Positions 42,512-51,795 of a stretch of 64,000 nt of DNA are shown here, in pieces (the stretch's first letter is position 1; each line of letters begins with the position of its first letter). The stretch covers positions 3,520,001 to 3,584,000 of the forward strand of contig OZ252239.1 in NCBI GenBank assembly GCA_965249485.1, read 5' to 3'. The translations under genes and the position numbers were made by a program. The DNA is from a bacterium (GTDB lineage: Bacteria > SM23-31). The notes under the pieces were generated by a model that ran no database searches, was not told where the DNA came from, and worked only from the letters and a program-made list of their open reading frames with translations.

Positions 42512-43716
42512 TAGAGTATGGTGATTTTTGCTTTTGACTGGCTGCCTTCGAGCGCTCCACCGGCAACCGGATAAAATGGGGGATAAATATATTCCAATCT
42601 ATCGTCATACTGGTAAAACTTTTTGAAACCACTTGGGGGGCTGCCGAGCATCCCAACAGGTCCTCGAACCTCCTGTACAATGCCGCCCAACAATTCGAGG
42701 CGAGTCGACGGCGTAAAATCGATATTCTCCGCTCTGAACGATCCGTCGCGTACGAGAATTGTTGCATGAATCCGTACCTGATCCCTGTTATCGGAATTAT
42801 CCTGTACAATCACATTTTCAAATGCAACAAGACCGAGCACATCTTCCGAATCGGGATTAGCAATAGGATCATCGGAATAAATAATATCGTTTGTAACATA
42901 GACACTTTTTGTTGTCGCCACTGTTACTTTGCCGTTGATGGTCCCTTCAACATATATGTTTCGGTTGGATGCGATAACACCGTTTGCCGGAATGGACTGC
43001 GACTGCCACGAGCCTCCCGAACCGACTTTAAACTGATATGTACCGTCGTTCTGAAACCGGAGATAAAGTGTGTTATTCAGAACAAAATGACCACCGTCAA
43101 ACGCAGCATCCCACAATGCTGTAAAATCGGGAGAAAGATCAATACTGCTCCGCCCGAAATCTGTTCCACCGTAGAAATTGGGGGATGTCCATCCGAGTGT
43201 GTTGTAGGTCGAACTAACACTCGAAACCAGACCGTAGAATACCGGGGCACCCGTCATATTAAATTGGTCGTTCGAGTGTACCGGACCCGAAAGCGTATCA
43301 GCAGAATAAAACCAGATATTGTCTTCTCTGTTGGAAAAGTAGGAATAACGTGAAAATCGCTCGCTCGGCTCAATTACTGAAAACACTACATTTATTGAAT
43401 CCTCGCTTCCGTTAAATTCTCCGACTGCATGGACTTGTACAACATCAGCTCCGATATCCGCTCTATCAATCGCTCTTATATCTGCAGTACCTCCAGCAAT
43501 CGCAACATCAAGAAGTTCATCTCTCCACTCAGGCTCCAGCGCAAGTTTCGTGAGGGCGACACGGGCGCCGCTTTCTGCAACGAGTTTTGTCTGTTTTTCT
43601 GAATAAAATTCGTATGCTCCTGCCGCCGAAATGGTTGCTGAATCGCGCATGTTACCTCTATAGCCACTAAGAATCATGATAAATCCTGTCAGTAAAATTA
43701 TTATCGCTCTTCCCAT
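42502..43716 (-). CDS. Large PilX-like minor pilin/tip protein (DUF4900-like C-terminus)
   Basis: Hydrophobic N-terminus, AESGARVAL (PilX-like AEAG), GPVHSND, Gly-rich beta domain, YQYDDRL...PPFYP. Confidence 0.65.
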   Translation of the reverse strand: MGRAIIILLTGFIMILSGYRGNMRDSATISAAGAYEFYSEKQTKLVAESGARVALTKLALEPEWRDELLDVAIAGGTADIRAIDRADIGADVVQVHAVGEFNGSEDSINVVFSVIEPSERFSRYSYFSNREDNIWFYSADTLSGPVHSNDQFNMTGAPVFYGLVSSVSSTYNTLGWTSPNFYGGTDFGRSSIDLSPDFTALWDAAFDGGHFVLNNTLYLRFQNDGTYQFKVGSGGSWQSQSIPANGVIASNRNIYVEGTINGKVTVATTKSVYVTNDIIYSDDPIANPDSEDVLGLVAFENVIVQDNSDNRDQVRIHATILVRDGSFRAENIDFTPSTRLELLGGIVQEVRGPVGMLGSPPSGFKKFYQYDDRLEYIYPPFYPVAGGALEGSQSKAKITILYWR

Positions 43717-43729
43717 AATCGTAACGTAC

Positions 43730-44281
43730 CTATCTATCGATATTGACGAGATATGTTTGCCACTGCAAAGACGCACGAATCTTCGATTCTTGTGTGCTGA
43801 TCATGTCAAATGCCCTCATCTGAGTTGTCACCGATCTGATATCAGATAACGATGCTGTAGGACTTCCCTCTGCATTAAAATAGGAAAATGATACTGATGC
43901 TTTCCCCATGGACTCCTCATTACCGGAATTGGAGCCGATCCGGCGCATTATAAAGGAGAGAGTATCACCGTAAGCTCCTAATACTGAACGTACAAAATAG
44001 CTTAGCGTATCAGGTGTGCCGTTATTATCAATATCTCCTAGAAACATGAATTGGGTCGAATCGGCAGCAATAACCGTATCGATTGAATCGGGGACTCCAA
44101 TACCTGCAATACGGATATCGGCATTAATTATATCTGCAACGGTGAGAAGTCTGTCGTGTGTCGCCACCGAACTGACTAACTCACTCTGAGCATCCATTGT
44201 ACCAAACAGGAGCGTCATCATCGAGAGTATCAGCAGACTGCCGATTATCCAGGTTCCTGCTATTTCCAAGAGTGTATTCAT
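43730..44281 (-). CDS. PilW-like minor pilin
   Basis: MNTLLE plus hydrophobic helix, INADIRIAG (PilW-like DIRxAG), DIDNNG Ca-loop. Confidence 0.7.
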   Translation of the reverse strand: MNTLLEIAGTWIIGSLLILSMMTLLFGTMDAQSELVSSVATHDRLLTVADIINADIRIAGIGVPDSIDTVIAADSTQFMFLGDIDNNGTPDTLSYFVRSVLGAYGDTLSFIMRRIGSNSGNEESMGKASVSFSYFNAEGSPTASLSDIRSVTTQMRAFDMISTQESKIRASLQWQTYLVNIDR

Positions 44282-44282
44282 G

Positions 44283-44756
44283 CTATTCGTTGTCCCAAAG
44301 GCTGAAAATGTGGATGAGTTTTACCGTGTCCTCGAGAAAAGGAGACGTTACGTCGACAATCATCCGCTTATACAGTGTCTGATTGAATAGAGAAACGTTC
44401 ATGTTGTTCGTATCAACATAGGCAATAGTGGCTGCGACATTGTAGGTCATGAATTCAGTGCTTATGGTATCGGAATAATTCTCGAAATCGTCAACGTCGT
44501 CAAACATCGGGTACTGTTCACCGAATTCAGCTCCCAAATTTGCCGGTTCTGTCAAAATATCGGGATCAAGCGATTCCGCTCCGGTAATTGTTGTTTCATC
44601 AAATGCGAGACGTTTTGCATCCTCGATATATCCGAGCGCGATCGCCGTTGCACCATTCATTATTTGTGACTCAATTACAGTACCACTCGTTTCCAAAATT
44701 TCATGGTTCGTAAACACAGAAAGAATTGAGAATATGAGCACAGCGCCGATGATCAA
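44283..44756 (-). CDS. PilV-like minor pilin
   Basis: Hydrophobic N-terminal helix, A..IA...IE.AK.LAFDE, FDDVDDF, KRMIVDVTSP. Confidence 0.65.
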   Translation of the reverse strand: MIIGAVLIFSILSVFTNHEILETSGTVIESQIMNGATAIALGYIEDAKRLAFDETTITGAESLDPDILTEPANLGAEFGEQYPMFDDVDDFENYSDTISTEFMTYNVAATIAYVDTNNMNVSLFNQTLYKRMIVDVTSPFLEDTVKLIHIFSLWDNE

Positions 44757-44771
44757 AAGTGTTTCTCCTTT

Positions 44772-46685
44772 TTAGTTATCTTCAGCAGTAGCGAAAGCAA
44801 CCTCAGCACAGGTTGTCTTGCCTGCTTTTATACATTCTCTGCCGGATGCTCTGAGAACCAGCATTTCGTTGTTAAGAGCAATTGTTTTAATTGCCTCTTC
44901 ATCGATCAATTCCGACATTTCAAGTATTTTCCGTCTTATTTCCGGTGTGAACAGGAGCACTTCATGAATAGCCATTCTGCCGTGATATCCGTTATGACAC
45001 GATGAACAGCCAACAGGAGTGTAAAAAACAATGTCCGACTGTTCTTCATCCGTGAATCCGAGACCACAGGCAACCAGAGGATCGAATTTCGTATCGGGCT
45101 TTTTACATTCCGGGCAGAGTCTCCTGATTAGCCGCTGTGCAACGACAATATTGACCGAATGAGCGATAAGAAACGGCACGATCCCGATTTTATAAAGACG
45201 TGAGATTACACTTGCTGCATCGTTCGTATGGAGCGTCGAGAAAGTCAAATGACCTGTATTTGCAAGCTTGAATGCGATTTCGGCTGTTGGTTTATCCCTT
45301 ATTTCACCCACCATAACAACATCAGGATCGTGCCGTAATATTGAGCGGAGCGCCTGCTCAAAATCCATTTTCGGATTAATCTTAAGCTGGCGTGCGCCCT
45401 CAATCAAATATTCTACCGGCTCTTCAACAGTAAGTACATTAATTTCAGGACTCATAACTGCATTGAGAGCGGCCATCAGTGTCGTGCTTTTTCCGCTGCC
45501 CGTCGGCCCGGTCAGAATCACCATACCCTGCGGTTTTCCTATAGCTTTTCTAAAATCGCTGAGAGCATGCTTTAACAGACCAAGCTCTTTTAAATCTAAA
45601 ATCACATTTTTATCATCGAGAACCCGTACTACAACACTTTCGATTTTGCGTTCATAGTCGGAACTGATAACGGGAAGAATCGAGACTCGGAATCGGATTT
45701 TTCTCCCGGAGATTGTCCGCTGGAAAAAACCGTCCTGTGCGCTGTCCCTTTCAAATCGGTTCACATTTTTTGAGCGGTCCTTCAATACGGCGGCAATCGC
45801 CTCTGCTTTTGTTTCGGTCTGTGTGTTCCAGAGTATTAGTTTGCCGTCAATCCTGAATTAGATATCAATGTGCGTACCCGTTTTCGGTATAAAATGAATG
45901 TCACTTGCACCCTGGTTTACTGCATCAACAAAACTGCCTTCGATCAGATTGGTCAATTTGCTCCTGTTGATCTCGGCATCGAGCTCAATTTCATCTATTT
46001 CGGCAGCCGCTTCTTCTCCAGCTTCGAATTCATCCGGCGTATTTTCATAGTGCTGCAAAAATTCATTTTGGAGAGGAAGTACCTTATCAAATACCGATTG
46101 GATTGATTCGAGCTGGCAATAGTGCACCTCAGATCGGGAATATCCAAGCGTTGACGCAATTTCGGTTACGAGCGACGTAGTGGGGTCTGCAGCTGCAATA
46201 TTGATTATCCGTACAGGACCTTCTTCCGAACTGCTAAATGGCAGAACTGCCTCATCTCTGATTTTTTGTTTTAAATTCGTTCCAAGCTCACCAAAGAACC
46301 GATGGATCGATGTAATTGTGCTATCTTTTAGTGCACCATTGTCAAAATTGATTTCAGGAAATGCATAAATTTCCGCAAGCGTTCGGTAGACGTCATCACG
46401 TTCAACTCCGAAATCAGCAATCAGAATTTCACCAAATTTTCGCCGGTGGGAACCGTTTTCTGATTTTTGAATCGCAAGTGCATGTTCAATGACATCCTGC
46501 GTGAGAATGCCTTTGCCAAGCAGGCAGTCTCCCAGTCTTTGACCAGATTGTTTGTGGCGATCACCATATTCCGTTTGTGATAAATCTGTCTTCTGATTTC
46601 CACCGGCATGGAGAGAATCATGTAAATCAACTTTGCCAAACTGCATAATTGTATTTTGAATTCTCTTGATCATAATTTGCATCAT
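44772..46685 (-). pseudogene. pilB: PilB/GspE assembly ATPase with MshEN domain; in-frame TAA at 45858-45860
   Basis: GASDIHF...IDI*FRIDG in one frame; QDG, GPTGSGKST, EEPVE, LRHDPDVVMVGEIRD, STLHTND, CxxC...CxxC. Confidence 0.9.
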
Positions 46686-46689
46686 TTTC

Positions 46690-48036
46690 TTAATACGACA
46701 ATCCCGGCATTTTAGGGCTTAATACTGCTGATTCTGACGACAAAATTGTCAATCCAATCACAACAAGAACAATGATTATGGAAATGGTAATATTGATCAT
46801 GTCAATACAGCTTTTTAATTTATACGATGTCTCTTTTTCGTAGTAGTTTGCAAGCTGCAGTGTTGCCGATTTGAGTGCGCCTGCTTCACTCCCTGACCTC
46901 AGACGCGATAAAGCAGACCGTGTGAATACTCCTGTTTTTTCGAGCGATTCGACCAGTCCTTTACCCTCTTTTATCAGCATAGGAATTGCTATCGTTTTAA
47001 TCCGTGATTCCATGAATGAATTTCTGCATGCCTCTGCTGCGATTCTGATTACGTGAATATTATTCCCCGACTCGCTGTACAGCGAATGAAAAACACGTGA
47101 AAATATCTCGATACTTGTTTTGTGCAGAAGACTGCCGATGTAAGGAAGCTTAATGCTGGCTGCGTCGATAAATTTTCTCCCTTTTTTACTGCGAAAAATC
47201 ATTACAGCTGTACCAAAATTTACCAGTGCTCCTGCTACAAACAGCATATAATTATCCTGAGCAAATGCACTCATGTCGAGAACTGCAGCCGTCATCGGCG
47301 GTAGCTCAATGTCATACCGGAGAAAAAGTTCGGCTGTTTTAGGGAAGATATAGGCAACATAAAAAATAATGGCAAGCGCCAGGAAGAACAGTACAACAAA
47401 CGGCATGACAAGCGCCTGACGGAGATTTTTTTTAAAATCTTCATTTCGCTCCATAAAACGTGCTGTGCTTGGATATATATCTTCCATATTACCACTCGTT
47501 GATGCAACGCCCAACATATAAGCAGGAAATCTTCCAAATGTTCTCTCATGTTTTCCAAATACCTCTTTGCCATCATTCCCGTCTTTCAAGTCTTTACCGA
47601 TTTCTCGCAGTGTCTGTTTTAGGGCTTTGTTGGTAGTATCGGTGCTGAGCAACTGGAGAATTTCATCATACGGGAGTTTTTCTCTCAACATATCCGCGCA
47701 AATCCGGATGAAAACTACAATATCTCTTGCAGGAGGCCGGAGATTGAAAAAATTGATTTTTCTATGGATACTCAAAATCCGGTAGTCCATTTTTCGCAAT
47801 GCTATTTCGACGTCAGATTTTTCGAATGCACGCTGTTCTCCCTTGATGGGTGGTTCTGAATTTTTTTGTGCCTTATACGTAAAAATTTGTTCGGGAATTA
47901 TTTTCCGGAGTGTAAATGACTCTTTTACTTCGAGGAGAGCAACGACTTGCTTGACCGATTGTTTATCTATCCCGGCAATTGTCCCTCTGATAGAGTGACC
48001 TGTTGATCGAATGCCTATGTAGCGGTATTTTTTCAT
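46690..48036 (-). CDS. pilC: PilC/GspF inner-membrane platform protein
   Basis: Two T2SSF repeats, SGNM, IELPPMT, LPYIG, three TMs; ATG 48036 with AAGGA RBS. Confidence 0.9.
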   Translation of the reverse strand: MKKYRYIGIRSTGHSIRGTIAGIDKQSVKQVVALLEVKESFTLRKIIPEQIFTYKAQKNSEPPIKGEQRAFEKSDVEIALRKMDYRILSIHRKINFFNLRPPARDIVVFIRICADMLREKLPYDEILQLLSTDTTNKALKQTLREIGKDLKDGNDGKEVFGKHERTFGRFPAYMLGVASTSGNMEDIYPSTARFMERNEDFKKNLRQALVMPFVVLFFLALAIIFYVAYIFPKTAELFLRYDIELPPMTAAVLDMSAFAQDNYMLFVAGALVNFGTAVMIFRSKKGRKFIDAASIKLPYIGSLLHKTSIEIFSRVFHSLYSESGNNIHVIRIAAEACRNSFMESRIKTIAIPMLIKEGKGLVESLEKTGVFTRSALSRLRSGSEAGALKSATLQLANYYEKETSYKLKSCIDMINITISIIIVLVVIGLTILSSESAVLSPKMPGLSY

Positions 48037-48049
48037 GATTATCCTTGAC

Positions 48050-48087
48050 AAAAAATTGCAGGCTCCCCGTGCATTCGGGAAGCCTGC
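48050..48087 (-). terminator. Intrinsic terminator between the major pilin and pilC
   Basis: Minus strand GCAGGCTTCCCG-AATGCA-CGGGGAGCCTGC then AATTTTTT. Confidence 0.75.
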
Positions 48088-48102
48088 TGGCCCTGTCTCT
48101 GT

Positions 48103-48505
48103 CTACCGACTCGAGACAACCGGTGTTGATGATACCGAATCAGGATACACGGTAAAAGTGATCGTTACCGCTGTTCCGTCGCTATCACCATCTTCTTGTC
48201 CTACACCTGTGATATCAAAACTTCCGGCAATGACATTCGCAAGTGTAATAGGAGCCGTTTGCATTGCTACCGCTTGCACTTATTTGCGGAAGCGTAAAGG
48301 CTGAATACGACCGCCCACCACCACCCAGTGAACCGGGTTTCATGTACCACTGCTGTGCATTTGAGGCAATACGAAGCATATCGGATATAACCGCATCAAA
48401 GTTTGCCTGTGCAGCACTTTCAGTGAAAATATTGATTCCAATAGCTACTGCTATACCAACTACTATGACACCCAGAACTATGAGTAATAATTGTTGCTGA
48501 CCCAT
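48103..48505 (-). pseudogene. Putative major type IV pilin of the MGQQQLLL type (~133 aa); 1-nt frameshift at 48247-48248
   Basis: AGGAGGT RBS; long hydrophobic alpha1; removing one T gives ...NANGSYTLANVIAGSFDITGVGQEDGDSDG...PVVSSR* ending just before the terminator. Confidence 0.8.
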
Positions 48506-48551
48506 GATGTTACCTCCTAAACAAATCTAGATTGATTGTACTTTCTTAGTA

Positions 48552-48567
48552 AGCAACACACGTGCCA
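48552..48567 (-). promoter_or_regulatory. Sigma54 (-24/-12) promoter of the pilin gene
   Basis: TGGCACGTGTGTTGCT, an exact TGGCAC-N5-TTGCW match 46 nt upstream of the ATG. Confidence 0.85.
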
Positions 48568-48883
48568 AAATCTATATATCATTAATAAACAATAACTTAA
48601 GATGAGTATGAACTAGTCGCACCGAAATAACATTTACCACAATAGTGGTTAATAATAACCACAATTTGCGGTTGCAACCATTAATGTAACCGGTGTAACG
48701 GTAATACACTATATAGCATTAGTAGATTTAAATTATATGATGATTGGGGAGAAGAAGAGATTTTTAGCTGAAAAACAGCTTGCTGCTTGTTGCGTATCAG
48801 AAGTGAAAATGGTTGAATAAAAGAGCAAGTTATCGTATATTGGTGCTCTTGTTCACAAGTACAAACAAAAAGAATTGTAAGAA

Positions 48884-49123
48884 TTATGCAAAAATATCGA
48901 TTAATCTGTCTTGGGGAGAACGGTTTTTCTGAACGTCAACAAGAAATTTTATGGAATTGAAACGGATTTTTTTTGGGGTAAGATTAGGATTGATGCCGGT
49001 AGGTTCAAGATTGCCGGATTCTTTTCGAACCCGCGTATCGGTTTTTTCAATAACCTGGTTGCCAAATTGACGGACAAATGCCAGACTCCTAAGCGCATTT
49101 ATTCCTATTCCAATATCCGCCAT
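48884..49123 (-). CDS. Small hypothetical protein (79 aa)
   Basis: AGGA RBS before ATG 49123; fills the intergenic gap; ends LIDIFA. Confidence 0.55.
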   Translation of the reverse strand: MADIGIGINALRSLAFVRQFGNQVIEKTDTRVRKESGNLEPTGINPNLTPKKIRFNSIKFLVDVQKNRSPQDRLIDIFA

Positions 49124-49210
49124 AATGGTTCCTATACATTTACCTATTATAAGTATACTACATTGCTCCCCGCATGTCAAGAAAAAAATAGATGTTGAGA
49201 CTGAAATCAT

Positions 49211-50368
49211 ATGGATTTTGCAACAAAAGATCATCTTCGACAGTACAGATTGTGGAAAGGACTACTCCATCCTGACCGTTCCGGCTACTCGATTCATACG
49301 GCAGTATCTCATTTCTTAGCACTGCCCGCTACAGATATCCACAGTGCATATCTTGCACTCTTGAACAGGGTGCATTTTTTCTCGACCGATTCGTTTGAGG
49401 AATATTTATACGTTTCAAAACAAGTAGGACGACTCCGAGGGATGAGAAAACAGCTCTTTATCATTCCGAAGGAAAATCATGAACTGATTTATTCTGGTAC
49501 GTATCAACAGCGTGAATATCTTATTAGAGAAAATCTGAAAAACCTATCTGTTGCTGAGGAAGCAATTTCATTGATATCAGAAATCGTCTTACATAAAATC
49601 GGAACACAGGAAAAAACCAGAGCACAACTCAAAAAGATTTTTTCCAAACAGGAACTAAAATCAATAACTTTAGACAAACCTCGCGCTCAGTTGACAACTA
49701 CCTTATTTGATCAGGCACTGGGTGTTTTGCTCGACAGATGGCAAATTATTCCTGGACATGAAACTTTGAAAAGTCAAGGCAACTATTTTCGCTTGTGCAC
49801 ATCACGACCGGAGGTCAAAGATGACCCTTCTTTTTTTGACGTTGCAGAGCGAAATCTTGTAGAACAGTACATCAGATGCTACGGTCCTGTTCACGAGAGT
49901 GATATTGCCTGGTGGTGCGGACTAACTATCGGTAGAGTACGGAAAATTCTGGCAGATCCTGTAATAAGTATAAAAAGTATCTCGTTACTTGAAAAAGAGT
50001 ACTGGATTTGGGAAGCAGAAAGCGAATCGTTCTTTGATGAAATTCCCACAAACACCGGTTGTTATTTGCTCGGGTTCAGCGATCCGCTCCTGAACGGGTA
50101 CGAATCTCATACTGAGTTCATTGATGAATCTTTAAGTAAGGAGATTTACTCACCTTCCGGCATTGTTAAGCCGACTGTTCTGGTTGATGGAGAGATGGTA
50201 GGATTATGGACCAGCCATGAAGCAAAAGAATCACTCAATCTAAAAATAGAACTTTTTAAAAATATTGATCACAAACAAGAAGATAAACTTTGCATCATCA
50301 TTGAAAAAACAGGTGATTTTCTTGCAGGTGATTCTAAAATAAGTAACGTTGAACTATCATACATGTAA
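49211..50368 (+). CDS. HTH_42 / AlkZ-YcaQ-like winged-helix DNA glycosylase family protein
   Basis: ATD..SAYLAL..R, MRKQLF, YIRCYGP...DIAWWCGL, LL...DPLL.GY, PTVLVDG.MVGLW. Confidence 0.8.
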   Translation: MDFATKDHLRQYRLWKGLLHPDRSGYSIHTAVSHFLALPATDIHSAYLALLNRVHFFSTDSFEEYLYVSKQVGRLRGMRKQLFIIPKENHELIYSGTYQQREYLIRENLKNLSVAEEAISLISEIVLHKIGTQEKTRAQLKKIFSKQELKSITLDKPRAQLTTTLFDQALGVLLDRWQIIPGHETLKSQGNYFRLCTSRPEVKDDPSFFDVAERNLVEQYIRCYGPVHESDIAWWCGLTIGRVRKILADPVISIKSISLLEKEYWIWEAESESFFDEIPTNTGCYLLGFSDPLLNGYESHTEFIDESLSKEIYSPSGIVKPTVLVDGEMVGLWTSHEAKESLNLKIELFKNIDHKQEDKLCIIIEKTGDFLAGDSKISNVELSYM

Positions 50369-50494
50369 TAGAGCAGTGATAATGAAATCTATGTGGATAT
50401 TACAACCATTTCACCTCATTGCAGGACACCTACAGTGACACACACACACGCAAATTGAAAAACTATACCGGATGAACTGCATCCTCTGATAGCG

Positions 50495-51085
50495 GTGATC
50501 GAAAAAAATGGCGATGATTTGAAGCAGTACGGCAGTAATCTTCAGAAAATATATGCATTGCTTCGGGAGCGGATACTTCACAAAAAAGACTTTGAGAAGC
50601 AGAAAGGCCTGCTTCGGAGAGATGGATTCACACAATTGATCGACGATTTGTTAAATATGGTCGATTTCATGCTCCCGCTTGAAACAAGAATCGAACTCTG
50701 GTATATTGTATTTGAATTGCTCCCCTATACATATCCTGAAAAGGACCTTGACTTTGCATTTAATATCTATCCCCGCTATGAACTTGCATGTATTATCGGG
50801 ACCGGGTACGTTCTAGGGGGCTATTCCAATAAGCGGAAAAAGAAAAATATCATAATAAAAGCAGTGAAAGGGCAGCGTTCAACACCTGAGATGAAAAAAC
50901 TTTTTCAGGAGATTGTTTCATCCGATTACCGGGAGGAATTCATTCAACGGACAAAAGCATTACTTGAAGAAACAAGAACCATTCGCGGTATCGCTCCAAA
51001 AAGTGAAAAACGGTCGTCACAGCAGATCGAAGAGGATTTCAATTTCGGATTTAGTTGGATCGGTTTTCATGTACCGTCGGATTGA
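50495..51085 (+). CDS. Hypothetical protein (true start may be GTG 50435)
   Basis: 196 aa ORF filling the gap; no motif recognised. Confidence 0.6.
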   Translation: MIEKNGDDLKQYGSNLQKIYALLRERILHKKDFEKQKGLLRRDGFTQLIDDLLNMVDFMLPLETRIELWYIVFELLPYTYPEKDLDFAFNIYPRYELACIIGTGYVLGGYSNKRKKKNIIIKAVKGQRSTPEMKKLFQEIVSSDYREEFIQRTKALLEETRTIRGIAPKSEKRSSQQIEEDFNFGFSWIGFHVPSD

Positions 51086-51149
51086 AAATGAAGCGCATTG
51101 CCCTTACATTTTCTTTCATAAATTAACAATTTCTTAACAGAGAAATAAC

Positions 51150-51178
51150 TTGACAATCGGGTCTAAAAAACATATCTT
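51150..51178 (+). promoter_or_regulatory. Putative sigma70 promoter of the STAS gene
   Basis: TTGACA-17 nt-TATCTT. Confidence 0.6.
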
Positions 51179-51239
51179 CAATACCACTATTTTGGCTATA
51201 TTTTATTCACTATTTTGATCATTCGGAGGAGGTTTTTAC

Positions 51240-51587
51240 ATGGCTATCAGCGAAAAGATTCATGATGATGTAGCGGTACTTAAGGTGAGCGGAAATCTCA
51301 TGGGCGGCAAGGAAACGCATGAGATCACTGAGAAAGTCAAAAGTCTTCTGAATGACGAGGTTAAAAAGATTGTTTTGGATCTCGGCAAAGTTAAATGGAT
51401 GAACAGTACCGGCCTTGGATCTCTCATTGAATCACGGCGTCTTATTACCGAGAAGGACGGCATTTTGAAAATCTCTAATGTAACCGAAAAAATTAAAAGT
51501 CTTCTGATCATTTCACAAATACTGAACTTGTTTGAGACATATGAAACAGCCGAGAGGGCTCTCGCGAGCTTTCGGTCAGCTTCATAA
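51240..51587 (+). CDS. STAS-domain anti-sigma factor antagonist
   Basis: IVLDLGKVKWMNSTGLGSL; GGAGGAGG RBS. Confidence 0.92.
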   Translation: MAISEKIHDDVAVLKVSGNLMGGKETHEITEKVKSLLNDEVKKIVLDLGKVKWMNSTGLGSLIESRRLITEKDGILKISNVTEKIKSLLIISQILNLFETYETAERALASFRSAS

Positions 51588-51795
51588 CTAATTTTTTCGG
51601 CGGAACCCCACCACCTCATCACAATGTTTATTCTATAAAGGCATGTTTATTCTGCATTTCAAGAGAATACGATTCTCTATATACAATTAGGATTATTACA
51701 ATAACAATATTTATTAATGCATTATTCGTACTTCATCACTTATTTATTATGTAATCTCTTTACATATATTATTGCATAACATAGGGAGTATAAGC

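Noticed and set aside
27774..45860. TAA reassignment (alternative genetic code)
   Set aside because: TAA terminates many intact genes here, and the two sites imply different amino acids
48215..48250. Cys-rich pilin tail YYTCECHCRKF as a metal or heme motif
   Set aside because: Product of a 1-nt frameshift; the other frame gives a normal beta-rich end that stops just before the terminator
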